DNA from: Macrostomum lignano
Taxonomy: Eukaryota
Length of the DNA stretch: 59,311 nt
Direction of reading: 5' to 3'
NCBI GenBank assembly: GCA_002269645.1
Contig: NIVC01003282.1
Span: forward strand, 1-59,311
Below are positions 1 through 15,272 of the stretch, one piece after another (position 1 is the stretch's first letter; each line of letters starts with the position of its first letter). Under the pieces are notes generated by a model. The model worked only from the letters and a program-made list of their open reading frames with translations. It was not told the origin of the DNA and made no database searches. The position numbers and the translations under genes are program-made.

Positions 1-142
1 CGGCAAGCAAAGCTCGGCAAGAAACTTCGGCAGGCAAAATTCCCGCAAGCAAAGTTCGGCAAGCAGACTTCGGCAAGCAAATTTCCGCAAGCAAAAGTCC
101 CGCAAGCAAACTTCGGCAAGCAAACTTCTCGCAAGCAAATTT
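1..142. repeat. GCAAGCAAA(G/A)TTC-type short tandem repeat (mirror of 25367-25508)
   Basis: Degenerate ~10-11 bp units visible directly. Confidence 0.85.
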
Positions 143-1377
143 CATAGACCCGTCTGAAGCCTGGAGCGGTTCCATCCATCTTCCGAATGCTCCCCTCTAC
201 TTGTCATCTGACGCTAACATGGCTATATAAGCTCCAGTAAAGGCGACAGCTGCCGGCTGGACATCCTCAGCTAGACTCTCAAACGTTCCTTCATCACCCG
301 ACGCCGTCGGCTCCTTCAACAAGATTTTTTCATCATCCTTTACATTTTAAAGCTCCTAAAATTATTTTGCGCATTATATTCGGCGTAGACTCATATTACT
401 GTATTTTTACATGCTCTTAAGGTATTGCTACTCGCTGGCTATTACTCGCACTTCTTTATTGGCAAGTTGTTTAGTCTACCTACCTGTTGAAACTCAAGAA
501 ACTCCGCTTGGGTGAAAGCCAGTAACCAACGAAGTCAGCGCTGATGCAAACACATGTAGTCAACATCCTGATGAAATCTGGTGGCTTGGAAGGGCCGCAC
601 TGCTTGACTGGAGACTTGGTTCTGTTTGAGAAGGTGCGCAATCAAAAGTTAGCCGGCGCAACAAAAAATTTCTGGGAATCCCCCCCCGGTAGTTCGACTA
701 TGGTATTCGACTAAAATGGCTTCATTCGTATTCCTACTGTAAATTCCTTATTTTTAACAGTAATCACAATTAACTATGTACTTTGCATGTATTTTAATGC
801 ATGCATACATGTACATTTAGCTACAGTTTTGATCAAATTTCAGGTAATGGGGTATCGCACCATTCGCTCTTTTAGACGACATTTCGATCATGCACTAACT
901 ACGTCGCTTAAATAGTGATGAAAATGCGAGACAAATTTTCCGCGTGTTGCATAGCCAGCAAGCCAGTGCGCAGCTATAAATAAACTTGTGCGAGTACGTT
1001 TGTTTATTTTGATTATTAAAGTTGCCGGAGAGTACTGTTGAGACTTTTAGATTCTAAATGAACGAAAAAATCGCTGTATAAAAGTTTATTAAGCGAATTT
1101 TTTTATATGGACGCGATTTTTCGGAACTTAAAAATGGAAGCGAATAAGCAAACAGTGCTACTTTTTCTGGGTTTTGCTAGAAAATTTAAGGGAGTGCAAA
1201 ATAAAATAATTACTTGTAGGAGGTGCCTTGATGGATTGCTACAGAATATAGTACTACAACTATATACGAGTATCTTAGAGTAAGCGCGAATATACTTCGG
1301 ACTGTCAGGATTACATGAATTAAGTCAGACTCCACTCATAAAAATGAAGTGCAGGTCATTATCGAAATAGCCGGCAC

Positions 1378-2209
1378 TCAATCCACAATCATGCGTCCTT
1401 TGCCGAAGTTCATTCCGGCCTGACTGGCGCCCTTGTTGAAGCCCGCCTGCAGCCCAATAACCGACTTGCTGGCGTTCATCTGTTCCTCGCTGAACTCCCG
1501 TTTGTTCTCCTCTGAAAGCTTTGGCCCCAGCACCGGGCCGGTGAATTCTGGGTGCACCTGGCACTGAAAATTATTACTTCAATGCGTTAGTGAGCCACTC
1601 AGTCCGTTTTCAGACATCTCATAGTTATACCCACTATGGCTTAATTGTGACTCACCGTGCGGCCCAGAGCGAACAGGCACTGGGTAACCTGGCTGATGTC
1701 CTTCTTTTCGTACAGATCCACGGTCTGGAAAACATCAGTCGTGGGGACGCCGTAGGCCTTAATAGCATTCTGGAACGCATTGATGTTCTCCATTATCTTG
1801 AAGGGCATGCTGTTGGCTTCATTAATCTTCTTTACGCTGCCCGGCTTGATCTTGTTCATCAGCTTGCACAGCACGATGCCTGCAATGTCGTGAATGGTTT
1901 TTGATATTAAATAAAACAAATGTTTAATGCACATGTAAATTTCACTTTTCGAATATCTCACCATTCTGCAGGATATTCTCATAGCCCTTATCTCTCTCTA
2001 GCTTCTCGCCAATAATAGCCTCAATCCAGTCGAGCACTTCAGCCTCCTGTCCTGGATCGCGCTTTCCATCAAGCTGCGGAGTGAACACATTCCCTTACAT
2101 AAATTACTTTATGTAAGTCAGTCAACATAATAAAAAATGAAAATCCTGTGTTACAAACCTTTTTTTTGATCTGGGCGCTCAAGCCGTATGCAAGACCCTG
2201 GTTTGACAT
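1378..2209 (-). CDS. Calponin/transgelin-family (myophilin/MP20-like) protein, 4 coding exons, left copy
   Basis: Mirror of 23292-24123. MSNQGLAYGLSAQ N-terminus, CH domain (LCKLMNKIKPGSVKKIN...VFQTVDLYEKKD) and calponin repeat (IGLQAGFNKGASQAGMNFG). Confidence 0.93.
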
Positions 2210-2765
2210 GGCTGGCTTGACTAGACTGATATAGCGCAATTTTCAGGATGGTGAAAGCAGCGAGATCAGGGCCACAGGATCGCTAGGTTTTATTCCTCTC
2301 CCTCATTCCAGCCTTATCCTGGCAAAAGCTTACCTTTTCACTTGCCATACCAACCCTCCCGTCCATCGAGGCCGATCGATAAACTTCATCCCTGCGGGCT
2401 TCGGCTAACCTTTGCAGCAGGAGCGACGTAAACATCACGCCCACGGTTTGCGAGCGGGTTGTGCAGGAGGCCGAACCAGGGTAGGATTTAGCAGAAATGG
2501 TTTCGGGTCTCTGGACGCCAAATCACCCGTGTACTGCAGCTGAAGCCAACTGCACCAGAACGATCAGACTTTGTCATCCTATTTTGGTCTTCCTGATCCA
2601 GTTCTTCCTTTACCCTCTTCCCACAACCTGAAAATCGTTGATCCCTACTTTTCTTTTTCTAAAGCTGCAGCGGAATCGCAGCGGCAAATGAAGAGTTGAA
2701 AGAATGCCCAAGATTTCGGCTGTTCGAATAGAAGACTGTGAGCAAAGGTTTTGGCAGTACAGGCC

Positions 2766-2990
2766 CCACTGGGAAAAACGATGTCGAAACGACGTCGTTT
2801 TGCGATGTCGTTTTGACGTTGTGGTTTGTCCCCGCCCTACTACGTCGTTTCGACATCGTATTTATATCGTTTCGACGTCGTATGTATGTCGTTTCGACAT
2901 AGTATGTACGTCGTTTTTACAACGTATGTATGTCGCAAAATCGTATTGATGTCGTATTCATTTTCATGTAGTTTTCGCGGCTCTCGCGTG
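2766..2990. mobile_element. Probable MITE remnant with degenerate ACGTCGTTT repeats (mirror about 22510-22736)
   Basis: CCCACTGGGAAAAACG start followed by many (A)CGTCGTTT(T/C)G units; partner terminus not identified. Confidence 0.4.
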
Positions 2991-3480
2991 TCGTAAAATG
3001 CAATTTAATCTATCTGCTGTTGGTAATGTCCTGCTACAAATTTTCTAAGCCATAAAAAACTATCATATACAAGTAGAATAGTAGAAAATAGTAGAAAATG
3101 TTTCTTTGCTAGATGGTAATACTATTGGTTCAACTTCACTCGAGCTCCAGTATAAAATGATAGACAAGCGCACAGAATCACACAGATCATACAGACGTAC
3201 TATTCTGTGCCAGTACGCTATAGCTATTTGTAGAAAAACCGTTAAATTCAATTATTGTGCAAGTATTGAAATGAGTAAAGGGTTGTATGTAAGGCAAACC
3301 ATTTTTAGTATATGGACGATATAATCGTGTTTAAATATAATGGCACACAAGGTAACAACAGATGAATTACGAAAAAGTATAATTTGTATGATTTTTTCTT
3401 CTGGCAAAATGAAACATGACCATGGCAAAAAGAGAAAAAGGAGTGAGAAATAGACGAAAAAGAGAGAGACAGAAGAATAG

Positions 3481-3483
<3 letters not shown>

Positions 3484-3521
<38 letters not shown>

Positions 3522-3540
3522 ACGAGAGCGAGAGAGAGAG

Positions 3541-3582
<42 letters not shown>
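3484..3582. repeat. (GA)n microsatellite (mirror 21919-22012)
   Basis: Seen directly. Confidence 0.95.
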
Positions 3583-3587
<5 letters not shown>

Positions 3588-4765
3588 GTTCGTAACCCGT
3601 AAACTAAAAGAAAAAAGAAAACTATAAACTATTTTGGTAACAGTAACAGTGATAACAGTAAACTAACTGCATAAAAAATTGAAACATTGATAACAGGGCT
3701 CAATGAGCTATAGCGAGCATTATAGATGAACTGTGAAAACATTGCACTGCAAAATAAAAAGGAAAACTTCTTCGAAAAAGAAGAAAAAGCAAATTTGATA
3801 ACAGCAAACAGCGAGAACTACATGAGAAAAAGAAGTACTGATTAAATGGCTCAATGAGCTAGCATCTATTCCAAATACTTAAATTAGTATTATAATCTGT
3901 AGGGTCCTTCTGTATGGTTACATCTAACAATAGGGTTAGCCTATAGGCCTATTGGTAATTAACCAAGGTGGTGCAGTGACGTCACGACAGATTAGGAGAA
4001 TCCGCAGCGAGTGACAGGTAAGGATGCTGTGGTTGATGACAGGATTTTAAGTGAGAACAGGAGTAACAGGTGGATCTTGCAACTGGAAAAGATCGCATTG
4101 GAAAGAAATGCGGGCATGGCGACTGCAATGACTGCAGAGGATCCAACATCTGTACTGTGGTGCGAAGAGAACGATAAGGTCAAAGATGATCTTGAGGAGT
4201 GTGGCACCTGGGCATGTCGGCTTCGAGAAGCAATGGACAGAGGCTGGATAGGTTCACTGACAGCTATCATGTAAAGTAGGTCTGAGCCTATGAAGGATTT
4301 TGGACCACCTCCAATGAGGGGAAAATAAGCAGTGCGCAGGTTGTTTTTGTCACTGTTCCACTTCATTCCTCCTCCCCAGTCGCTGATTCACATCTCGCAG
4401 GTACCAGCCAATGCATGCCCCGATGGCTGCGTCTGTCGTTTGGTACTTGGCATCGTGTCTAAAAAGAAGGGTGATATTTAAAAGGGTGTTTCGCTGCTCC
4501 TGCTTGTTTGCTTAGTACGCATAAGCAACCTTATTAAAAAACGATGCAAAATGATGCGTAAAATCTGCGTTACTTATTTAAATTAGAATTCTCAGAAAAG
4601 ATGATGCAAAAAATTATTTACTGATTATTAAGCTCAAAGAGGTGATCATTTATAAATGCATTTATCAGTGTATGCGTTAAATTATTTCACCAACCGCTAA
4701 ATTGATCGTCATCTATGACAACAAAAAAAGACAAAATACGCTGACAATAAAATACGCTGTCAGTG

Positions 4766-6573
<1,808 letters not shown>

Positions 6574-7653
6574 TCTTCAGCTATTAATTAGGCTTTTAAT
6601 ATAAAACTATTAAAAGATAAGTAAAACTGAGGTAGCTGGTCAAAATAAATGTCAGTTCAGGGTAAATACAAGCAGTTTTATAAAACAGAGGGTCAGATAA
6701 ATGTAAAACAGTTCTAATATAAATTTAAATCAGTTCAATATAAAGAGAAGCTATTGGATTAGCAACAGTTAATAAGTAGCAGCAGCGTCCGCAAACCTCA
6801 CACGCACTGCCACGTTAGAGTAAGAAGAAGAGAAAAGAAAAGAGAAGAGAAGAGACCCGACGAAATTTTGAAATAAATTAAATAATTAATGGAGAAAATT
6901 TTTTTTAGATAAAAGAGAGAGAAAGACCGAAAAACCTGAATTAAACTATTTATCCAAAAATAGGCAAAAAGCAAATAACTTCTAAATTAAAGAAAATAAG
7001 TTAAAAATAATTTAATTAATTTTGGAGGAAATTATCAAACTTAAAGGTAATTTAAACTACTTATATTAAAAAATAGTGTAAAAGCGTATAGCAGGAAAAA
7101 TTTGCAAATACGCCTAAAAATTAATTAATTTAGAAAAAAAATTGGGCAGGGTTTCCCCAGGCCGAAGCCAATTAAATCAGCGAGGAAATCAAATAAATAG
7201 ATAATAGCCTAGCTAACTAACAGGACAGCGCGTCCTAGACCCGACCCTTAAGAAGGAAGCCCTAAAAGCTTAAGACCCGAAAATAAATAAAATTGAGAGC
7301 AAAAAGAAAGGGGGGAGTCTCAGGCCAGGGCAGGTGAGACAGGGACAGTGAAGTAACTAAAGAAAATAGACCCTAAGACATTCTAAAGGCCAAGAAAAAG
7401 AGAAGAAAAAAAACTTTAATCGAAATGAAAAATGAAGATGGAATTCACAATTAACTTACTGGCAGTAGTTTTGAAGACTTTTCGAGCAGATATCAGACCG
7501 GCCGGGACGTTGGCAGTGCGCGCAAGGCTTGGGGGGAGGGAGGACGGAAAATTCATTCCAGACGGTCCGAGCTCGATATATTTTGTTTAAAAAAGTTATG
7601 ACCATTTTCTCTTGCTTTTTAGTTATTTTTTCGACTTTGGCTATTGTCAGTAG

Positions 7654-7965
7654 TATATGGGTGGCCCAATAGATTTAAGCTTTTTTTCGAGTCGGATTTG
7701 ATTGGAAATCAATCTAGAAACAATCTCCTACACGAATGAGTTGGTAGTGTGGGAAAAGTTGACAAAATAAATAGGGGCCCGGGAGATACACTATACAGAG
7801 TTTAGGGAGACTAATACACTTTAGGGTTACCGATATATGGGTGGCCTGAGGGACTTGAGCACAGTTTATTGAGTCGAATTGGATTGGAAATCAATCTAGA
7901 AATGATTTCCCACACGACTGAGTTGGTAGTGTGGGAAAAGTTGACGAAATACATAGGGGAGATAT
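7654..7965. repeat. Imperfect direct repeat, period 180 bp (mirror about 17536-17847)
   Basis: TATATGGGTGGCC at 7654 and 7834; shared GATTGGAAATCAATCTAGAAA and GAGTTGGTAGTGTGGGAAAAGTTGAC blocks. Confidence 0.85.
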
Positions 7966-9034
7966 TAGGGTAGAGTGAGTGATAGAGATAGAGGTATAGG
8001 CAGAATGAATTCCAAATGTTAGTGAAATGTTGCTATAAATTCCATGTGAAATGGCAAACTCAGACTTGGTTCAGTCCTCAGTTATGGCATGTAGAAATTG
8101 CGCAAAAGCGATCCCCACAAGTTGCAGAATTTCTTCTGCCGATAGTAGTAATTAACGTTGTCGAATACTTAGCCTAACAGCGGTGGGTGGGTAGTGGCAG
8201 TTGCTGTGATCGCTTGTTACTGTTAGGCTGTTAGGCTGTAGTTTCATTCCTAATTGCACGACGTGCCTTGTCTAATCTTTTACAGATTCCTCAATGGCCC
8301 ACCACATTGACCAATCACGAGTGAGGTGTGATTTTAACATGAAATATAATCTTCATTCGCGCGTTCCTTTATTGATTTAATACTCGCTAACCATAGCCAG
8401 AACATATTTTCGCAGAAAAATGACACGAGCAAATAATGCAGAGGCATTTTGCCCCATTGTGCCGTGCAACTGGCCCAAGAAGCTCCGCGCCGACTCATTG
8501 AAGCGCCACTTGCACAGCAAGTATAATATTAATGGCCAACCCATTTCGATAGCCGTGCAATATGCGAGACACGCCGAAAAAATAGACAGTGATGTTTTTA
8601 AGTGCGGGCTGTGTTATAAAGTAACACTAAGCTTCCAAGGCTTAAGAGATCACTACCGTTCAGCGCATTATCATGCAAACTTTGAAAGTCTTGCTGAATC
8701 GCAAAAGGCTGCCACAGCCTTTTACGAAAAAGTCCGAGAGTATTTTCGTGGTGGCGCTATCGACATGCGTCTACAAACGGAAATTCTGCGCTTGGTAAGA
8801 CAATTACCTTTACCTTTACCTTTACCTTTACCTTTACCTTCTACTAAAACACTATGCTATCTAAAGTATCAAATATTTTGCATTTTGCCCAAAAAATGTA
8901 GGCTTAGGTGTGAAAACGGTATTGTAGGCATACATTTGCATTTACATTGAAATAAATTAATATTGTTTGAAGCAATCAACAGTACACCAAATTTAAATCC
9001 CGGAAACCTTTAACCAGGCCACTGGTGCTGTCGA

Positions 9035-9575
9035 TGATGCTGGTGCTGCCGCTGATGCTGGTGCTGGTGCTGGTGCCGGTGGTGCCGCTGATGCTGGTGC
9101 TGGTGCTGGTGCCGGTGGTGCCGCTGATGCTGGTGCTGGTGCCGGTGGTGCCGCTGGTGCTGGTGCTGGTGCCGGTGGTGCCGCTGATGCTGGTGCTGGT
9201 GCCGGTGGTGCCAGTGGTGCTGGTGCTGGTGCCGGTGGTGCCGCTGATGCTGGTGCTGGTGCCGGTGGTGCCGCTGGTGCTGGTGCTGGTGCCGGTGGTG
9301 CCGCTGATGCTGGTGCTGGTGCCGGTGGTGCCGCTGATGCTGGTGCTGGTGCCGGTGGTGCCGCTGGTGCTGGTGCTGGTGCCGGTGGTGCCGCTGATGC
9401 TGGTGCTGGTGCCGGTGGTGCCAGTGGTGCTGGTGCTGGTGCCGGTGGTGCCGCTGATGCTGGTGCTGGTGCCGGTGGTGCCGCTGGTGCTGGTGCTGGT
9501 GCCGGTGGTGCCGCTGATGCTGGTGCTGGTGCCGGTGGTGCCGCTGATGCTGCCGCAGATTCTGCCGCTGATGCT
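9035..9575. repeat. Coding minisatellite (GCTGGT-based 24/30-bp units; mirror about 16085-16480)
   Basis: Units such as GCCGCTGATGCTGGTGCTGGTGCCGGTGGT; 144 bp longer in the left arm. Confidence 0.9.
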
Positions 9576-10014
9576 GCCTCTCATGAAGCGGCCTCGGCCA
9601 ATAATGCGACTTTGGATGTCTGCCTCCGTTTTTCTGGTGTTGTAAGCAATTTTTTTCTCGTTTATGGTCAACAATGATTTTTTAATTTCTTATACAAGCT
9701 ATATTAACGTGCGTTAGAGATATAGCTTGTTGGCTAAGGATGTCAATTCCCGGAAAATTCACACCCCAGGGGAACTGAGGATTTTTCGGCAAAAACCCCG
9801 GTTCCCCGATCTCTGGGTCTCCGATCCCTGGGTTCCTCGGTCTCTGGGTCCCCGGTCGTCTGTAACTGTGGATACAGTCAGTAATAGTACCATGTGTAGC
9901 ATGTAGGCAAACTCCGGCCCACATGTTAAATGCGGCCCGCGAAGCCTCTCTATCCGTCCTTTGAAGCTTCTTCACAATAGCAATCCGGCCCTGCTCAAAG
10001 TTAGTGCTTCCCAG

Positions 10015-10382
10015 TTCTTTCATCTCCTGTCTCATATCTCCCCTCGTCTCCTCATTTAATGTCTTCTCATCTCATTTTCTCTCATCTATCTCATCTCCTC
10101 TCCTCTCATCTCCTCTCCTCTCATCTCCTCTCATCTCATCTCTTCTTCCCTCTCTCCACTCTCCCCTCCCCTCCTCTCCTCTCTCCTCTCATCTCCTGTC
10201 CTCCCTTCCCTCTTTTAATCTCATCTCCCATCTCTCCTCTTATCTCCTCCCCTCTCAACTCCTTTCCTCTCTCTCTTCTCCTCTCTCACTCCTCTCTTAT
10301 CTTCTCACTCATCTCTTCTTCTATTATCACATCTCTAATATCGCCTCTCACCTCCCCTCTCTTCTGCCTGTGTCTGTCTGTC

Positions 10383-10435
<53 letters not shown>
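10015..10435. repeat. CT-rich low-complexity tract ending in (CTGT)n (mirror about 15210-15635)
   Basis: Seen directly; probably intronic in the SET gene. Confidence 0.85.
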
Positions 10436-10659
10436 GGCATCCGGAGGCGGAAATAATATCACTAATAATAGCCAGTGACGATACGGCTGTTTTCATTGCT
10501 GATGCCGGACATAAGGGGAAGGGGGCGTTCGCCTCCCGATATCTACGACGGAATGAGTTCGTCTGCGAGTATGCTGGCGAGCTTATAGAGTCAAGAAAGG
10601 TCATTAACCAGCGTGTCGAGCACTACCAACAACATGGCCTCGACACCTGGTACATTTTT

Positions 10660-11214
10660 CGGTCGGTACACCAGGTCCGACACCCTGGTTATAGACTAAT
10701 TATACTTGTTATCTATTGAAAATGTTATCTATTAAAGCTGGAACTAATAAACTAAACAAAAGCAAAAAAATAAAGCAAAAAGGAAGCAAAAAACTCACAT
10801 GTTGCTGGCTCGCTGCCCGCTCAATGAATCGATGCCACTTCGAAGGATGCGGTGGCAAAGGGCGATCCTGCTGAAGGGCCTGTCGCGCTGCAGGCACGAC
10901 ACTGCCTGCGCATAGTCACGGACAAGCCGTATATGTGCTGGACCCTTCATGGGCTGGCCGTTGTGCTGCACTACGTCTTCGTGGTGGTGTCGGTAGTGGT
11001 CGCGCATCTGCTTGCTGGCTTCTCGGCAATCAGCAATGCAGCACATGCCGGCATTTTCGACCCGCACTTTTTGCTCAAAGATGGCGAACCATCGCAGTTC
11101 ATGAATACGATGTAGGAACGCTTTGTGCAATAAGCCGCAATGGCGCTTGAGATTGTCAAGCCTCATTCTCTGGCCGCAGAGCGCACATTCTTTACTTTTT
11201 TCATTAGATGTCAT
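10660..11214 (-). pseudogene. Paired C2H2 zinc-finger paralogue, frameshifted and cut at the breakpoint
   Basis: CALCGQRMRLDNLKRHCGLLH...CCIADCREASKQMRDHYRHHH. A shifted frame continues RPLPPHPSKWH, matching RPLSPHPATWH of the 30245 gene. Donor GTGAGT at 10798; candidate acceptor TAACCAG at 10685. Confidence 0.7.
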
Positions 11215-11621
11215 GCCTATCGGCTAATACAATTAAAAGCCAAAGGATCGATTTGGTAGCTTTATTATATAGCAGTTGAAACTGGACATCCACATGCCAT
11301 TGGTCGCTTATCCAATTGACGGAGCTTTGACCCTATACATACATATTTGGCTGTCTACAATTGGCTAGAAAGTGGGGTGGGGTCAGTGGGGTGGGGTCAT
11401 AGTTGGAGTCTCTTTCGCACGTTGCACCCAAAGAAAAGTGTTGTGAAAATAAGAGAGTAGTAGCATGAGATAAAATTATAGAGTGAGTTGCTTAGGAAAC
11501 AGAAGGGGGACAACGGGATCGAGTATGGTTGAGAAAAAGGTCAGTAAAGCCAGAGAGGTAGGGATAGATGAAAATATGAGACTCAACTCAGATAGATGAA
11601 AATTCTATCTCAGATTAATAT

Positions 11622-12678
<1,057 letters not shown>

Positions 12679-13002
12679 ATCTATATACATATCTATATCT
12701 ATCTATCTAATAGATACACAGATAAATAGATACTAATAGAAGGATTCTTCTTTAACCTCTAAATCTATTAGCCATGAGTTGCCATGAGTACAATTTCCAT
12801 GAGTTGCGCAGCTCAGCTCATGAGGTAGCCAGCTCGCTCACACTTCGGCTGCAAAAAACTTTAGAAATTTGTACTCGATTGTACTCAATTGTGCGGCGCT
12901 ATGACGGTTCTGCAGCCAGCATCAAACCCCGCCAGCTACCCTCAATTAGAATTTTGTGGGGATCGCTAAAATTGACCTGCAGTTTTGCTACTGCAAGTAG
13001 TA

Positions 13003-13366
13003 TTTTTTATTAGAAGCAGGGGGTTGTGTGCACCCTGGCGCACTTTAAGCGACATAGGCACACAACCGGCGAGAGGCATTACTGTCCATTCCGCCGACTC
13101 CCCTGAGCAGGCATACAAGCGCGCGGATACGTACGCAGGCACACACTCACACAGGAGTGTACAGCGGCCCTAACTTTATATTATCGTTAGGCATGTACAC
13201 TTCACTGCGCCTTGGGGGGTTGGCTCTCAAGGCCGTTAATTGCACGAGCAGAGCCAAGCCGAGATTCCAATTCAGCCCCAAATTAATGTGACTGCACTTG
13301 GAATCGAGCCTGGGTCGCTGGCACACCAGAGCAGCTGCGCTACCGCTGGGCTACGGCCCCCCCCCC
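13003..13366 (-). mobile_element. tRNA-derived SINE, copy 1
   Basis: A box TAGCCCAGCGG, B-box-like GGCTCGATTCC, A-rich tail, 13-bp TSD ACTGCAAGTAGTA (12990-13002 and 13367-13379); close homologue at 51802-52160. Confidence 0.88.
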
Positions 13367-14067
13367 ACTGCAAGTAGTAATATATAAGTGGATATATGTA
13401 TCTTAGTAAAAATTTGTAGTAAAAATGAAAATTGTTAATGTCCAAAACTTGTGAGTTTGAATTCTTGACAAATCATATACTCAGATGTAAAGCCGCTGTC
13501 GGTATTTTCAGCACAAGCTAACCCATTACTGACTTAAAATTCTCCAATTTCGATAAATGTAGTCTGTAATCATCAAGATTGTAAGCTACCTTACCAAATA
13601 TCTTTTAGCTGCACCAAAAACTTCAACTTTAAATCATTTAATAACGAGTATCATCAATGAGCCATACCAAACGCTACTTACCATTTAAGTTTCTTAGAAT
13701 ATTTACTAAATTTCTTACTAACTTTCCTACTAAGTAGCCAGCAGTTACTGCGTATACTAAACACGCTTGAAAAAGAAGGCAAAAACTGCGACACGAATTT
13801 CATTGTCTTCTTAATTTGGACAATCAATTCATACTATATTAATTGATATTTAAAAGAGCAGCGTGTATTGCGATATAAGTTATAAGTTAGACTGATAAAA
13901 TAATTACATCGAAAATTATGAATGAAATAATAATAATAAGCAAACATCAAACAAGCAAACAATAAGCATACAAGTAAGCAAACAAATAAGTAAATTTTTA
14001 CATTATATATTATATACATTATGCATTATTTACATCATATATTATACATTATACGTTATATATACAC

Positions 14068-14690
14068 AGGGGCGTAGCCAGGAATTTTGATTGGGGGGCC
14101 GTGAGTTAGGGGCGCCAGTTTCTTATAGATGGGGGGCGCCAGTTTCTTATAGATGGGGGGCGCCAGTTTCTTTTAGGGGGCACCAGTTTCTTTATAGGGG
14201 GGGGGCAGTTTCTTTATGGGGGGCGCCAGTTTCTTTATAGGGGGGGGGGCAGCTTATAGGGTTAGGGCGCCAGTTTCTTTTAAGTGGCACCAGTTTCTTT
14301 ATAGGGGGGGACAGTTTCTTTATGGGGGGCGCCAGTTTCTTTATAGGGGGACAGTTTCTTTATGGGGGGGGGCGCCAGTTTCTTTATAGGGGGACAGTTT
14401 CTTTATGGATGGGGGGACAGTTTCTTTATGGGGGGCGCCAGTTTCTTTATAGGGGGACAGTTTCTTTATGGGGGGGCGCCAGTATCTTTATAGGGGGCAG
14501 TTTCTTTATGGGGGGGCGCCAGTTTCTTTATAGGGGGCAGTTTCTTTATGGGGGCGCCAGTTTCTTTATAGGGGGGGGGGCAGCTTATAGGGTTAGGGCG
14601 CCAGTTTCTTTATGGGGGCGCCAGGAAAGCGGCAGCGTTTCCAAAGGGGCGGCAAAGCGCAGTTCTGGGGGGGGGGCGCCAAGCGCTGTG
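14068..14690 (+). repeat. G-rich degenerate minisatellite (GGGGCGCCAGTTTCTTTAT units) in a probable hAT-like MITE
   Basis: Begins CAGGGGCGTAGCCAGG; ~21-24 bp units with interspersed GGGTTAGGG; TSD and second terminus not found. Confidence 0.6.
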
Positions 14691-14729
14691 AAATTAGTAT
14701 GAGCAATGTTTAGGGTCAGGCAACAACAG

Positions 14730-15211
14730 TTAACAGTCAATAAGCCATGTGCATGCTTCAATTGTCTCTCGGTCATTTGGGCCGTAATCAAACAGCAGTT
14801 CCTCGCCCTTTTCGACCGCACGATTCGTAATGAAATAAAGTGCGAAGCGGCACGTTTTGCCGGCCACAGGCACTGAAATAGTTCTGGCTACACAGTTCGG
14901 ACTTCTCCTTGAGTGATTCAGGAAGCGGCCGAGTCGCTCGGTGTACTGCGCGTCAATCGCGTAGCTTTTTGAGTGATGAACAAACTCAAAAATGTACCAG
15001 GTGTCGAGGCCATGTTGTTGGTAGTGCTCGACACGCTGGTTAATGACCTTTCTTGACTCTATAAGCTCGCCAGCATACTCGCAGACGAACTCATTCCGTC
15101 GTAGATATCGGGAGGCGAACGCCCCCTTCCCCTTATGTCCGGCATCAGCAATGAAAACAGCCGTATCGTCACTGGCTATTATTAGTGATATTATTTCCGC
15201 CTCCGGATGCC

Positions 15212-15272
<61 letters not shown>

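Larger units (their letters stand above)
8420..10659 (+). pseudogene. Zinc finger-linker-SET gene, left copy, truncated mid-SET at the inversion breakpoint
   Basis: Exon 1 8420-8794 (375 nt, two C2H2-like fingers, donor GTAAGA); exon 2 9018-9641 (624 nt, G/A/D repeat, phase 0 at both ends); SET exon ends at ...HGLDTWYIF, before the NHS and ELxxDY motifs. Confidence 0.75.

Noticed and set aside
567-600. Other CTGATGA/CTGAAGA motifs (about 568, 43217 minus strand, 52623) as hammerheads
   Set aside because: No GAAA-stem III-NUH arrangement or stem I pairing.
4070-4190. CGHGDCNDCRGSNICTV, resembling half a RING finger
   Set aside because: First Cys pair and last Cys are missing and the frame is short and stop-bounded; cannot be supported without a search.
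6800-7522. GCACTGCCA...TGGCAGTGC inverted pair around an A-rich region
   Set aside because: Short and imperfect with no TSD; insufficient to call a MITE.
9025-9674. Long ORFs LVLVPVVP and STSGTTG (and mirrors at 15983-16537)
   Set aside because: Alternative frames of the minisatellite; only the G/A/D frame has phase-compatible splice sites.
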